From NCBI GenBank assembly GCA_002269645.1, contig NIVC01002826.1, positions 73,731 to 137,730 on the forward strand: a stretch of DNA of 64,000 nucleotides. Reading direction: 5' to 3'. The notes beneath the pieces are model-generated. The model worked only from the letters and a program-made list of their open reading frames with translations. It did not search any database and was not told where the DNA came from. Shown here piece by piece: positions 49,417-61,366 of the stretch (position 1 is its first letter; each line of letters begins with the position of its first letter). Origin of the DNA: Macrostomum lignano. Its lineage: Eukaryota. A program made the translations under genes and the position numbers.

Positions 49417-52389
49417 TCACTTCCTCTTGAACCAGCGGTGGCCGACTGTGTCTCCGGCCTGCATGGTCTGAAAATATTGATTTTTGATTAGGAAAGTTCG
49501 GTGAAATATCGGTGAATGGATACAAAATTAGGCAAAAACATAAAAACATTAAACATTAAAATCGCGTACAATAAACTCGTTTTGAACTCAAGCATGAGTT
49601 AAGATATTCAATCTCTTTATTTATTTGGTGAATTAGTTCGAACATGAACATGCACAGCTGAGGTTTCGAGATCTTTTTGTCCAAAATTGCATTTAATGTC
49701 GATTTTTATACTACTTAGTAAGTAGCTAAACCCTCTGTTATAAGCAAATGACTACAATATATTGGAAATTTAGTAACGCACTTCAAGAGGCACAACTTAT
49801 AGTGCTGATGCATAGGCGGCATAGCATGAATTTATTGTTTTTATTTATTATCTATCAAACTAATACTTCCTAAGTAGAATGACGCTGCACTCTCGAACAG
49901 TGTAGATTTTTTGGTAATTTTAGGCAATTTTAAAAATGCTAGAATTTTCAAAATCTTGCATGTGGGCTCGTAAGAAGGGCAGTTTTCTTTTCGCAGTGTT
50001 GTTCAGAATTTGAGTGAAAACTGGTTCAATTCATAATTTAGTCTCTAATGTACCACTTTACACTGAGTCTTCCGACAGACAACAATTAGCAAGTAGTGAT
50101 CTTGGCTAAATCATTTGCTATCAGGGTTTGTAGCCTAGCGGTTAGAGCGGCAGACTCGCGACTTGAAGGTCGGGGGTTCGATTCCCGATCCTTACTGGAA
50201 CAATTTGTGTCCTTGAGCACTTGAAAACTTAACTCTGCATTGCTTCAGTTCACCCAGCTGTAAAATGGGTGCCAGCATTAGCTGGGGTAATTGAGGGTCT
50301 GTGTGGCGACCCCCAAGTCCTTGGACTGAACAGCCGTACGCAGCCTTCAGATGCGCCGCGCAATAGCTGCGGCTGAGCTGTCGGTTGCACATCTGGCCCA
50401 ATTAGGGCAGGTGTAATAAATTATTATTATTATCAGTGTAGATTTAAAGGTTTTTAGGCAAGTTCGCAACAAAGGCACAGCAAGCATTTTATTGATGAAA
50501 ATATGCAAAGTCCCGAAATCACCTGCCGAAAAAATCGACGTTTAATGCAATTATCGAGTCCTCACCAGGAGCATTTCGCCGTTGTCCAATACCTCGCGGG
50601 TTTGCACAATACCGTCGGGTCCGCGCACATCGGCGCCCGGCTTCCCGGCGAACACCAGCAGTTTCCCGTCGCGCCACTCGGCCGTGCAGTCCTGCTCGTC
50701 GCCCTGCGGAGGCTTGAAACGTCGAATGCCACCCAGCTCGAGCTCCTGCTCGACGCTGAAGGCCAGCATCTTGCTAGCGATGCGGATCACCTTGTTGTCG
50801 ACTTTGCTGATTGTCATCGTGGGATTTGCGTTGCTCGACACCTTCTTGACCAGGAAGGAGGCACCTAATTTGGTCAACGGAAGCGAATCGCCGTCAGGGT
50901 AAACTACGGCATCGTCAGACTTTGCTTGAAAAATAATAATTTAAATAATAGTCGGCACCAATCCATATTGTCCCTGCTAAACCATTCAATCGGTTGTACA
51001 TCTAGCGGCGTGTGATGTATACATTCGCAGGGACGTGCATTGATTCGCCGCACTGCTTACTGGGAATTCCTCGTCCGTTGTGTATCGCGCGGGTGTTCCC
51101 CGAACTTCGAAAGCAGGGTCGGCAAAAACTCAATGGCCAGATAGAGAATCTCTATAGATGAGAGGGGGCAGCAGAAAGGACAGGACAGAAGGAAAGGATA
51201 GAAGAGAAGAGAGAGAAGAGAAAGGAGAGAAGGAGAGAATAGAATAGAGAGGATCACAACAAAAGAATACGCGTTCAACGTCACAGGGCGCGCCTCAAGG
51301 CCGAATCGCGAATGAACGCCACGCCGCCGGCCGAATCCGGAGCGCCGGCGTCAGCCAGCAGGCAGTCGACGAAACGCCGAGTGCGGGCCTGCCCCCGCCG
51401 GTAGGGTCCCTGCAGCGTTAGCAGCAGCACCTCCTGCTCAGGCTGTGGGCAGTACGGCTAGGTGCGGATGATGTGGCCTGCCAGCTGGAGTCACCGACGG
51501 CGCAACAAGTCGCTTGGACGGACCAGGCCGGCGCGGTGATACAAAGCCGCGTTGGTCACTCGCTCGTAGCCGATCTTGAAGGCGGCGCGCAGCAGGCCAG
51601 CATGCACCGCATCAACTTGTTGCTCGAGCGACTCCGTCAGCGTCCAGGTCTCGGCGTTGTACAGCAGGACGGTCTCGATCACCGCCTGGAACAACGCCGG
51701 CGCCGCCCTCTGGCGGTCAGGTAAGGCTTCGGACTGCAGGACTGCCCTCACAGAACGAAAGGCAGCCCAGGCAAGCCCGCGGACGCCAGGAACCAGACCT
51801 CAGAGGTAGACGAACTGCTGACAACGCGGAAGCTCTGTCGCCTGTCCATCAGCGCCTCGGCACAAAATCGCAGCTTCGATGTCGTCCGGCACGCAGAGCA
51901 CGACGGTCTTCTTTGTGTTGACCACCAGGCCGACACTCGCCGCAACAGCAACTAGCTTGTCCAGTTGTCGCTGGGCGCCCTCGACAGTTGAGGACAGCAG
52001 GGCGAGATCGTCAACGTAGCCAAGCACGCTGAGCCGACGGTCGTGGGTCGACGTCAACCAGAGAGAGAGAGGATATAGTTAGAGAGAGGAAAGAGCTGAG
52101 ATGAGACCAACCTTCAGCGGGCCGGATTGCTATTGTGAAATTTCAAAGGACCCGAGGGCCGCATAGAGAGGCTTCGCGGACCGGATTTTGCCAACCCCTG
52201 ATCTAAGGGCATCACAAACTTGCGATCTAGCCAACAAACATGTCCAACATCCAAGACATTGAAATAGACCTCAGATTTGAGTCACATCGATTCGCCTAAG
52301 GATGTCTCACCGGCCTTCTCCATGACGGCCTCGATGTTCTCGCTTTTGTAGCCCTCCCAGGTGCCGAACAGAGCAGAGTTCTCAGTCAT
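49417..52389 (-). CDS. Fatty-acid-binding protein (iLBP family), 142 aa
   Basis: Exons 52389-52311 (MTENSALFGTWEGYKSENIEAVMEKAG), 50864-50566 (ASFLVKKVSSNANPTMTIS...GEMLL), 49467-49417 (TMQAGDTVGHRWFKRK*). GTW/SEN signature and the typical phase-1 first intron. Confidence 0.9.
50124..50433 (+). mobile_element. tRNA-derived SINE, near full length, in FABP intron 2
   Basis: A box TAGCCTAGCGG, B box GGTTCGATTCC, CORE/V-like block ttcacccagctgtaaaatggg, (ATT)n tail. Confidence 0.92.
51114..52200 (+). mobile_element. hAT-type MITE in FABP intron 1, interrupted by RTE copy 3
   Basis: cagggtcggcaaa ... ttgccaacccctg ends; subterminal block shared with 48240-48329; GA-rich core on both sides of the RTE. 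Confidence 0.8.
51255..52065 (-). mobile_element. RTE-like element, copy 3, with intact 3' end, 5' inversion and 9-bp TSD
   Basis: AGAGAGGAT at 51246-51254 and 52066-52074; RLSVLGYVDDLALLS ... VIETVLLYNAETWTL ... RRAL*; short TTG-type tail. Confidence 0.9.
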
Positions 52390-52996
52390 ATTGTGATGGA
52401 AAGGTGCCGTTGCTGTTACTTGCAAGCAGAAATTTGGCAACTCTTTTCCTCTTTACAGCAGTCTGTCTCGTACATTTTTGTCCACACTATAAAGAGAGCA
52501 TGGGGAAGAGAAAATCTGACATTTCTTCCCTGGCGCTCTGTTCCCATAAACAGTGAAGTCGTATTCTGCAATTGGTTTTGCAAAGCTGAGCAAGGCCTGG
52601 GAATGAGGAATCCACACCTGCCAGCAAGCTCAGTATATAGGCCTGCTCAGTGAGTTACCATGGCCAACCACGGCATCGCATGAACAATATTATATGGTTA
52701 AAATGGGCGTTGAAATTTCTGTACCTTGCTTTTCTTCTTGGTAGAAATTCATTTTCATGAATACGAGCGTTACACTGATGGTTCAACCTGGGGCGGACTA
52801 ACACATGCAAATGTTTAGGCTTATTCAGGATGAGGGCTGAGGCCATGCAAAATACGGAGACAGACCAACTCGTATGTGATCAACACATGCAGATGCTGTC
52901 AAAACCCAAGCTCGTATTTTATCAACTCATTATATTCACCGCAACTCGTCATTTGTTTTTTGGCACGTTTTTTGAACAACTTAGCTAGCGGTCATA

Positions 52997-54468
52997 CCAG
53001 GGCGTAGCCTGGAGGGGGGGGGACAAAGGGGGCCGCCCGCCCCAAAGCATGCTTTCCAGCAGGCTTGGCGCCCCCCTCCCTCATTTCCAGCAGGCTCGGC
53101 GCCCCCCTTTCCAGCAGGCTTGGCGCTCCCCCTTTCCAGCAGGCTCAGCGCCCCCCTTTCCAGCAGGCTCGGCGCCCCCCTTTCCAGCAGGCTTGGCGCC
53201 CCCCTCATTTCCAGCAGGCTTGGCGCCCCCCCCTCATTTCCAGCAGGCTCGGCGCCCCCCTTTCCAGCAGACTCGGCGCCCCCTTTCCAGCAGGCTCGGC
53301 GCCCCCCTTTCCAGCAGGCTCGGCGCCCCCCTTTCCAGCAGGCTCGGCGCCCCCTTTCCAGCAGGCTCGGCGCCCCCCTTTCCAGCAGGCTTGGCGCCCC
53401 CCCCCTTTCCAGCAGGCTTGGCGCCCCCCCCTCATTTCCAGCAGGCTTGGCGCCCCCCCCTCATTTCCAGCAGGCTCGGCGCCCCCCTTTCCAGCAGACT
53501 CGGCGCCCCCTTTCCAGCAGGCTCGGCGCCCCCCTTTCCAGCAGGCTTGGCGCCCCCCTCATTTCCAGCAGGCTTGGCGCCCCCTCCCTCATTTCCAGCA
53601 GGCTCGGCGCCCCCCTTTCCAGCAGACTCGGCGCCCCCTTTCCAGCAGGCTCGGCGCCCCCCCTTTCCAGCAGGCTCAGCGCCCCCCTTTCCAGCAGGCT
53701 CGGCGCCCCCTTTCCAGCAGGCTCGGCGTCCCCCTTTCCAGCAGGCTTGGCGCCCCCCCCCCTTTCCAGCAGGCTTGGCGCCCCCCTCATTTCCAGCAGG
53801 CTTGGCGCCCCCCCTCATTTCCAGCAGGCTCGGCGCCCCCTTTCCAGCAGACTCGGCGCCCCTTTCCAGCAGGCTTGGCGCTCCCTTTCCAGCAGGCTCG
53901 GCGCCCCCCTTTCCAGCAGGCTCGGCGCCCCCTTTCCAGCAGGCTCGGCGCCCCCTTTCCAGCAGGCTTGGCGCCCCCCCCTTTCCAGCAGGCTTGGCGC
54001 TCCCCCATTTCCAGCAGGCTTGGCGCTCCCCCTTTCCAGCAGGCTTGGCGCCCCCCTTTCCAGCAGGCTTGGCGCTCCCCCTTTCCAGCAGGCTTGGCGC
54101 TCCCCTTTCCAGCAGGCTTGGCGCCCCTCCATTTCCAGCAGGCTTGGCGCCCCCCATTTCCAGCAGGCTTGGCGCTCCCCCCCCCATTTCCAGCAGGCTT
54201 GGCGCCCCCCATTTCCAGCAGGCTTGGCGCTCCCCCCCCATTTCCAGCAGGCTTGGCGCCCCCCATTTCCAGCAGGCTTGGCGCTCCCCCCCCCATTTCC
54301 AGCAGGCTTGGCGCTCCTCCCTTTCCATCAGGCTTGGCGCTCCTCCCTTTCCAGCAGGCTTGGCGCCCCTTTCCAGCAGGCTTGGCGCTCCCCCCCATTT
54401 CCAGCAGGCTTGGCGCCCCCCTAAGAAGTGACACCTCAATCAGAATCCCTAGCTGGCTACGCCCCTGG
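52997..54468. mobile_element. MITE-like element carrying a 1.37-kb internal minisatellite
   Basis: Ends CCAGGGCGTAGCC / GGCTACGCCCCTGG; flanking ggtcata / ggtcatt; the interior 53052-54420 is TTTCCAGCAGGCT(T/C)GGCG(C)n units of about 23-28 bp. Confidence 0.8.
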
Positions 54469-55658
54469 GGTCATTCTAACGCAAGGCAAGCCAAAGAGCT
54501 CAAAGCTTATTTAGCTTTACTAAGCGACTCAAATATTTGCCAAGCCAATCTGTCAATGAGTTGATATTTCCCATTTTCTAATGCTAATTGGAACTGGAAG
54601 TATCAGAATATAAAGCAAATATTCTACTATACTAACCGCAACAAGACCCCAGAGTATTGCTATGGAGACCGGCAGTCTCTATAATAAAACTGCTCAAGAG
54701 AAGGTTAAATGACACAAGAGAGCAGAAATGCTTTAAATTAAACAGCATAGGAATTTTGTGCTAAGTTTTAATATAATTAGTCCGACTTTGCCGACCAGAG
54801 GGCAACAAAGTGAATTGCAGCCCTCCAAACTAGTAAAACTCAAAGAATATTACGCACGCGTAGGAAGGTTTTTTAAATAGAAAAATTGCATTAAAACAAA
54901 AGCCTAGATAAAAATGGCAGGGGGTCAAGTTAAATCGACTGAGTCGATAGAAGAAGCGAAAGAAACGTGCAGAGTGTTGGATTAAATAAAAATGCAATGA
55001 AGAAACTGTCGCGACTTTTTTCTTACTAAAATAAGAGGATGGTCGGCATTGATAATTACGATCGAAGTAAAGTACGAAGGGGTTTGCAATGTTCGCTTCA
55101 GTGCAAAATATGAATTTTTTTGTGTGAATATATCATCAAGTATTTTTAGTAAAGTAGTCACGGGATAATTATTTCAAGTTTACGCATAACTCGATCGTCT
55201 ATATCTCAATAGGCTTGTAGCAGTTTAGGGAATAAAATATTTAAAGTATTAAAATATGACAGCAGGCTTGGTCTCAACGAGACTCGCTTACGAGCATGGT
55301 TTAACCAAAAATGAATGCAAAACTGTTGAAAGTGACGAACATTGAATAACTAATTATAATAATGCGCTCGGAGTCGAAAGACGGGCTGTGAGAATCGCAG
55401 CACTGGGATATGATTATTAAGGTTTTGGGAAGATGGGAGTTCAGCTTTGCCATGGGCTTGAATATTGAATGAGCCTATTCCCGCTTAAAATATTTCAACG
55501 CTTTTAGGGACCAAGAGAGCTAACAAAGCATTAACAATAGGCCAACGCTAACAACAGTCGATTCAATTTTTTTCTTTAAAAACGTTTCGGTGAAAAGTTT
55601 CTACGAGTTAGCAGAGTTAAGACTAAGAGTCAGTATTGGCGAACCCACCCGAGTCTAG

Positions 55659-56793
55659 CTAAGCCAATGACAGCGCGTCTTCCTCTTCATGCCGACGCAG
55701 GTGCTTTGACAGGTGGTCACTGCGGCTGAACATGCGCTGGCATCGGTCGCAGTGAAATCGCTTCTCCCCAGTGTGAGCCCGCTTGTGCCTGGAGAGCTCA
55801 TCCGAACGAGCGAACACGCGACCGCAGGCGGGCCAGTCGCAGCTGTAGGGTTTTTCACCAGTGTGGTTTCGATAGTGCACCTTCAGGTGGGAGCTCTTGT
55901 AGTAGGACTTGCCGCAGTCCGGGTGTTCGCACACGTGTGGCTTCTGCCGACGCCTGGCTTTCTGACGTGTTGCCGGGTGCGGCGGCGACTGCGGCAACGG
56001 CGGCGCCAAAGGCCGCTGAGCCGACGGTGGCAGCGCTCCTGGTTGAGATTGCTGCGTTGGCGCGGAGCGAAGAACCACAACCTTTACTGGCGTGTTCAGC
56101 GGACTGCTCAGTGCCCGCAGCGGAATTAGAAAGGCCTGAATCTCGCCGGCATCTTCATTTTGTATTTGGTTAACCGCGGCATCGTTAGCTTGTCCCAGTA
56201 GGCCGGCGGCGACTCTGGCCAAGGACTCAACGCTGCTGCCGCTGCCGCTACGCGATCGTTTCGCGGCCGACGGCTCTCCATCGACGTCGATGTCGACGTC
56301 ATCGCCAAGCGGGCAGTCGGAGCCCACGCTGGCCGTTGCGCTGTCGGGTCTCTGCGGCGACATGCCAGCGACTGGGGGGCCGCTGACGTTGACATCCCAA
56401 AGCAGCGGGTTCACCACAGAGCAGCTCATCGGCAATGTTGACTGCGTTTGCGGAGGTTGAGCGAATCAGACAGAGTCCGCAAATAAAAACTGCAGTAATG
56501 ACAAGCTACGTTTGAAAACCCGAATACAAGCTAAACCCGTTCGTCCGACTCACCTCAACTAAATCTCGTCCGTCCGGCATCTTGGCCAGTCCTGCTTCTG
56601 TTGCAAAATCGCCGACAAGCAATCCGTCATTTGGCACCGAGGCCTTCCGTATGCGCATCTGGTCATCAGTGGTCAGCTGCTGCTGCTGCTGCTGTATCAG
56701 AGCGGGTGGCAGGCGGTCCAACTTGAACTTCAACCGTCTCGCTGCAGCATTTACAGTTTCAGCGCTCCAGTCAGGCTTAGAGAGCGACTCCAT
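55659..56793 (-). CDS. Kruppel-like factor, KLF10/11 (TIEG/cabut)-like, 340 aa
   Basis: Exons 56793-56554 and 56441-55659 (phase 0, GTGAGT/cgcag); three C2H2 fingers with [26 protein letters not shown] and TGEK linkers. Confidence 0.93.
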
Positions 56794-58005
56794 TCGCTTG
56801 AGGGATTGAATGAATTTGCTATTGCCTCGTTGGTCTGAACAGTTCGGAATACAAGGCGCCAGCCTTGCAAGAGCAGGTATAGTATATTATAAGTTTTAGG
56901 AAAGCAAAAAATCGATGTTTGGAGCCTTGGCGATGCGCCTAGTATTTACTGCAAATACTACGGGGGTGGCAACCAACCCGAGAGAGGCGTATCACCACTT
57001 GGCCTCATGGACTCGGATTCACCCCCAGTCTTCCTCTTCCTCCCTTTCTCTCTCCATTTACATGTACTATCGCTATTCAAATCTTTTAGGGGATTCTCCT
57101 GTATGCCAAAAATAACTTGCCTGTACAATGCGTTTGCTAGTCCTCGAAGCGGCGGCCTTTCGACTGAATAGGCACGCAGTTTACGCGTGATCCACTCCGC
57201 CAACCTCACCCAGCAAGTCCTCTCTCTAACCCGCCATTTCCTCTCCAGTTCCAGCCGAGAGAAATCTCTCTATTTTCTCTCTCTTTCTTCCTCGTCGAAA
57301 ACTTTTTTCTCTGGATCCGAGTAAAGTTTGAGTCCAAAAACGGGTCCACATAGGCATGCACAAGGGGTGGGGGCGATAGAAACGAATTTAGGTGTATGAA
57401 GAGCGCGAAGGCCGCCGGTCAAAAACAAGACGCGGGCCCGGCCTAGCAACAGAAACAGGGGAAAGAGAATGAAGGGCGTAGCTATAGTCCGCTCAAAACT
57501 GGCTGACTGCCCACTTATCCACTCCCCTTGACTGCATAATGTACACCAATGCCCTCATCAGTCCTATAGCTAGTTGTACACCACTAACGGGTGTGTCTAT
57601 GCCAGGACGTTACCCAAGGGTCAACAGAGGGAGAGTCACTCAGCACAGGCGTGCGCAGCCAGCTGTGTTTTTCTCTGCAGCGGCATCGAGAGAGAGAGAA
57701 ACAGGAAGATAAAAGTGCAGCCCCACCAAAGCCGTCGAATTCATGCAGCCCGCCCACGACGCACAGCCGATGGGACCACTATATCCAACAAGCAAGCTCA
57801 CTGTTTTCCTCCTCTCTGCAGCTGGTAAGCTTGATGAAGAGAAGGGGCAGCCAGCTGGTGATGGGTGGTTAGAGAAATCTTTCTAGGAAGTACGCGCGAA
57901 CCTGCTACAGTCTCCTAAGCCTTGCTCGGCTTGGTTAGACCAAAACTGCTTCATTGTATACATGTACATATGCTCATAACATGCATGTAGACACAGGTTA
58001 CATGC

Positions 58006-58818
58006 TGTGAAATTTCGACCTTGTGAAAGCACCCCCGCAACCAGGGGGTGCGCAACTCAAATATTAATTCGAATTCGCTGAAAAATTATCATCGAATATC
58101 GACCCCGCTTATGGGGAATGTGCAAAGCTCAATATTCAAGCAATGCAAAGAATATGCAAAGCTACATCAAAGTGTAGCTGTATAGCTTGTGCTGAGATTT
58201 ACTTGACGACTGTGATAATTAATAACACATACTTGCACAACTCAATTGGAAATATGTACTTGTACACTACATATGTACATGCAAATGTGAACGCTTGATC
58301 AACGGCTACTAATGTAATCAATTACATGCATATGAACATAAGTAGGAATATTTCGATATCTGACTTAGGGTCTCGTCAATCTAAGCAATTTTGCGTGCCA
58401 TGCAGTAAGTGCAACCAGAAATAATTGTTTAAGGGGGCGGATTCTGGAGGGTAAAAGACCTAAAGGTGGGGGGACGGCGGAGGGGATGGGGCTCTGAATT
58501 TTGGCGAAATTCGCTTGGTCCCCCTTTAATTTTTTCTGTTCTGCGCCAAAGGGGGGGGGCGACCGCCCCCGCCCCCTGGTTGCGGGGGTGCTTTCACAAG
58601 GTCGAAATTTCACAATTTCGACCTTATGAAGTCCCTTGCTAAAGTTTTCGATGCTGTGAAATTTCGACCTTGTGAAGTTTCGACCTTGTGAAGTGGTTGC
58701 TATTTGAGTTTTCGATGTTATGAAATTTCAACCTTGTGAAATTTCGATCATGTGAAAGAGGGTGCTTTCGACGTTGTGAAATTTCGAGTTTGTGAACCCC
58801 CCCCCGGTTGCGGCACTG
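58006..58818. repeat. Inverted repeat (58006-58052 vs 58570-58614) plus about 10 dispersed TGTGAAATTTCGACC modules; probable MITE remnant
   Basis: tgtgaaatttcgaccttgtgaaagcacccccgcaaccagggg mirrored exactly; the cluster ends at ggttgcggcactg. Confidence 0.75.
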
Positions 58819-60823
58819 CAGTGTGTGTGCCAGTAGTCGATCAGGGGATTTTCGTCGGCATCCATATAGGACTCTTGAAAATGATCGTTAATTCTATTGG
58901 CATCAATTGCGCCACAAAAACCAGTCCAATGTAAATTTAGAAGTCGAAGTCGACTTAAAAAAGTTTATTATTTCTGATCTCAATTGCTACAAAAAATAAT
59001 ATATTTGGTCTTAAAACCAACAGGTTTTTTTTTGGGTATTTTTTAGAAATCTTAAAAAAATATATTTATTTTTTAAGTTATTTTTATAATTTTTTTTATA
59101 TATTTATTTTACGATAAATTTAAATAATATACTTAATAGCCATTTGAGGTATACCTACCCAGATTATAGTTAAAAAAGCAAAAAATTGTTATGTTTGTTT
59201 CTAAGAACAAACTTCAGTGGCGAATTCAAACGTTTAAAGTGAATTCATCGTTTTCCTAGAAAGACAACCTTAACAATCATCATCGACATCAACCAACCCA
59301 TCTTGCCTAATTTACCAATTGGCAGTGTTTATTCCCATGGTCCATGCCACTAACGACAATATTATGCACACAGCGCCGTGTCAATAATGCTCTGCTTATT
59401 CGCACGGCAGCTAAATTATACATGTAGGAATGGGCCTAGCATGTCAGCATGTGCTTTAACTAAGGACTTTAATGAATGGTTTATATCAAGTGAAAATTTT
59501 ATAAGCTGTTATGATGCATAGCTGTGGAGTCTACTGTATATATAGCTAGTATAGGTCCCTACACTGTATGACTGCAGATTGTAGTCATTTCTAAAATCCA
59601 TTTTTTAATTTTTTCTAATCTAAAGCCAAAGTTTAACTAAAATTTCTAATTTTCCAATTAATAACTATAATGTCCTATTTAGAAATCTTAACAATCAAAA
59701 TTTCCAATTGGTTGCAGTTTTGGTTTTAAAGCCAATCTATACTAGATCTAGGGTCTAGACGACTAGATCATATCCGGATTCTGGAACAAGCAGCTTATCT
59801 TAGTTAAATGTATGCCAGTGCAACACCAAAAATAGAAAATTTCCCTTAAATGTATACTAAAATTTTCTCCTAAAAAGTAATTTAGAAGAATCCCAAAAAA
59901 ATTGCAAGATAAGACAAGTTTCTTAAGAAAGGTTTTTAGGTCTATACGAGGAAGTGGTTTTAAAAAATAAAATTATTTATATTTTAAACAAATAAAATTA
60001 ATCCTCTAATCTATAATAATGATACATAATTAGAGTTTTTAGCAATAACTTTTAATAGTTTTATATAATTTTAATTAAAAAACATTAATTCTATCATTAA
60101 TTCTAGTCTAAAATGAAATCTTTTATAATATTATTATTTTGTTTTTATAATTTTATAAAAATATTAATATTTACATTAAAATTTACATGCTTTCCAAAAT
60201 CTGTTTAGCCTATTATTATACGTAGAAATTTGTATGCCAAAATGATATGATTTTGTATGCCGAAATATATAAGTACCAACTTCAAACGAGGTCATTTGTA
60301 TATTAGAAATTTCTATCATATATGTAACCTTCCAGGGTCTAGCACTAGATGCTATCTACATAAATTATACATATATTTACATATTGCTATTTATATAAAT
60401 ATTTATTTTATATACTATTATGTCTTTTGTGTATATACCTAGAAAAACTACTTATAAGAGCATATGTTTAGTTTTAAAGATATAATAGAATCCTAAAATT
60501 ATAAAGCAGTATCTTAAAAAATTCAGTTGCAATATTTTTATTGCTAGTTTTGGTTTTATGCTTGTCTGAAGCTTTTTAATTTTATAGCTACAGAATGTGG
60601 ATTTCAAGCTATAAATAACTTGCTTTCAAGTATCTAAAAGAATAAAAGTTCAATTTCTCTATACCACTTCTCTACTCTACAATGCATTTCTATAGTACAC
60701 TAGCAGCTCTATAGTATAGAAGGCTAAATCTCCTATGTACAGTCTGTGCTATAATAACTCTAAAGTAAGCTAGTATAGGCAAAAAAGCTTACCACCAATA
60801 TAAGTAAAGCAATTTCCTATCTG

Positions 60824-60976
60824 ATGCCAATGAGCCATCAGAGCAACCTTGTCAGTTCAGGTCCAATGTCTGCCCCAACTGGCACTGGATCTCAGTTGGC
60901 ACCTGTCACTGTTCACAATGTTTACATCTTTGATAAAAATGGTACCTGTCTGTATTTTTGCGAATGGCCTTCGCAA

Positions 60977-61008
<32 letters not shown>

Positions 61009-61366
61009 GCAAAAAGAAGCCTCTGAGCACGAAGATCGTACTCGTCTGATGTATGGTCTCATCTACAGCATTCGCACCCTGGCTGCCAAACTCTGTCCAG
61101 TCGGCGAAATCAAAGACGCCACCTATTTGGCATACGTGACTAGCCAATATAAATTCCACCTGTTGGACGTGCCCACTGGACTGAAGATTGTGCTCAACAC
61201 AGACAAATCTGCCGGCTCCATGCGCCACCAGCTGGAGACCATATATTCTAAAATATACGTTCCGTATGTGGTTCTCAATCCCGAGTGCAACCTCGGCGAT
61301 CCTGTGAGCAGTCGGCTATTTGCTGATAGCCTTACCGAATATTTGCTGACGTTGCAGGCGAAGTGA
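60824..61366 (+). CDS. TRAPPC1: TRAPP complex subunit 1 (Bet5), intronless, with Q12 insertion
   Basis: TVHNVYIFDKNGTCLY, LMYGLIYSIR, TSQYKFHLLDVPTGLKIVLNTD, IYSKIYVPYVVLNP match the Bet5/TRAPPC1 longin family. Confidence 0.93.

Noticed and set aside
50131-50200. Possible tRNA gene
   Set aside because: It is the head of a SINE: it continues into a shared body and tail, and a second copy lies at 20090-20310.
53049-54564. ORFs of 430-500 aa, Pro/Ala-rich
   Set aside because: Products of the minisatellite; variable C-runs shift frames at random.
59000-60700. Very AT-rich stretches (also 15060-16250 and 27300-28400)
   Set aside because: No periodicity or termini detected; ordinary intronic or intergenic DNA.
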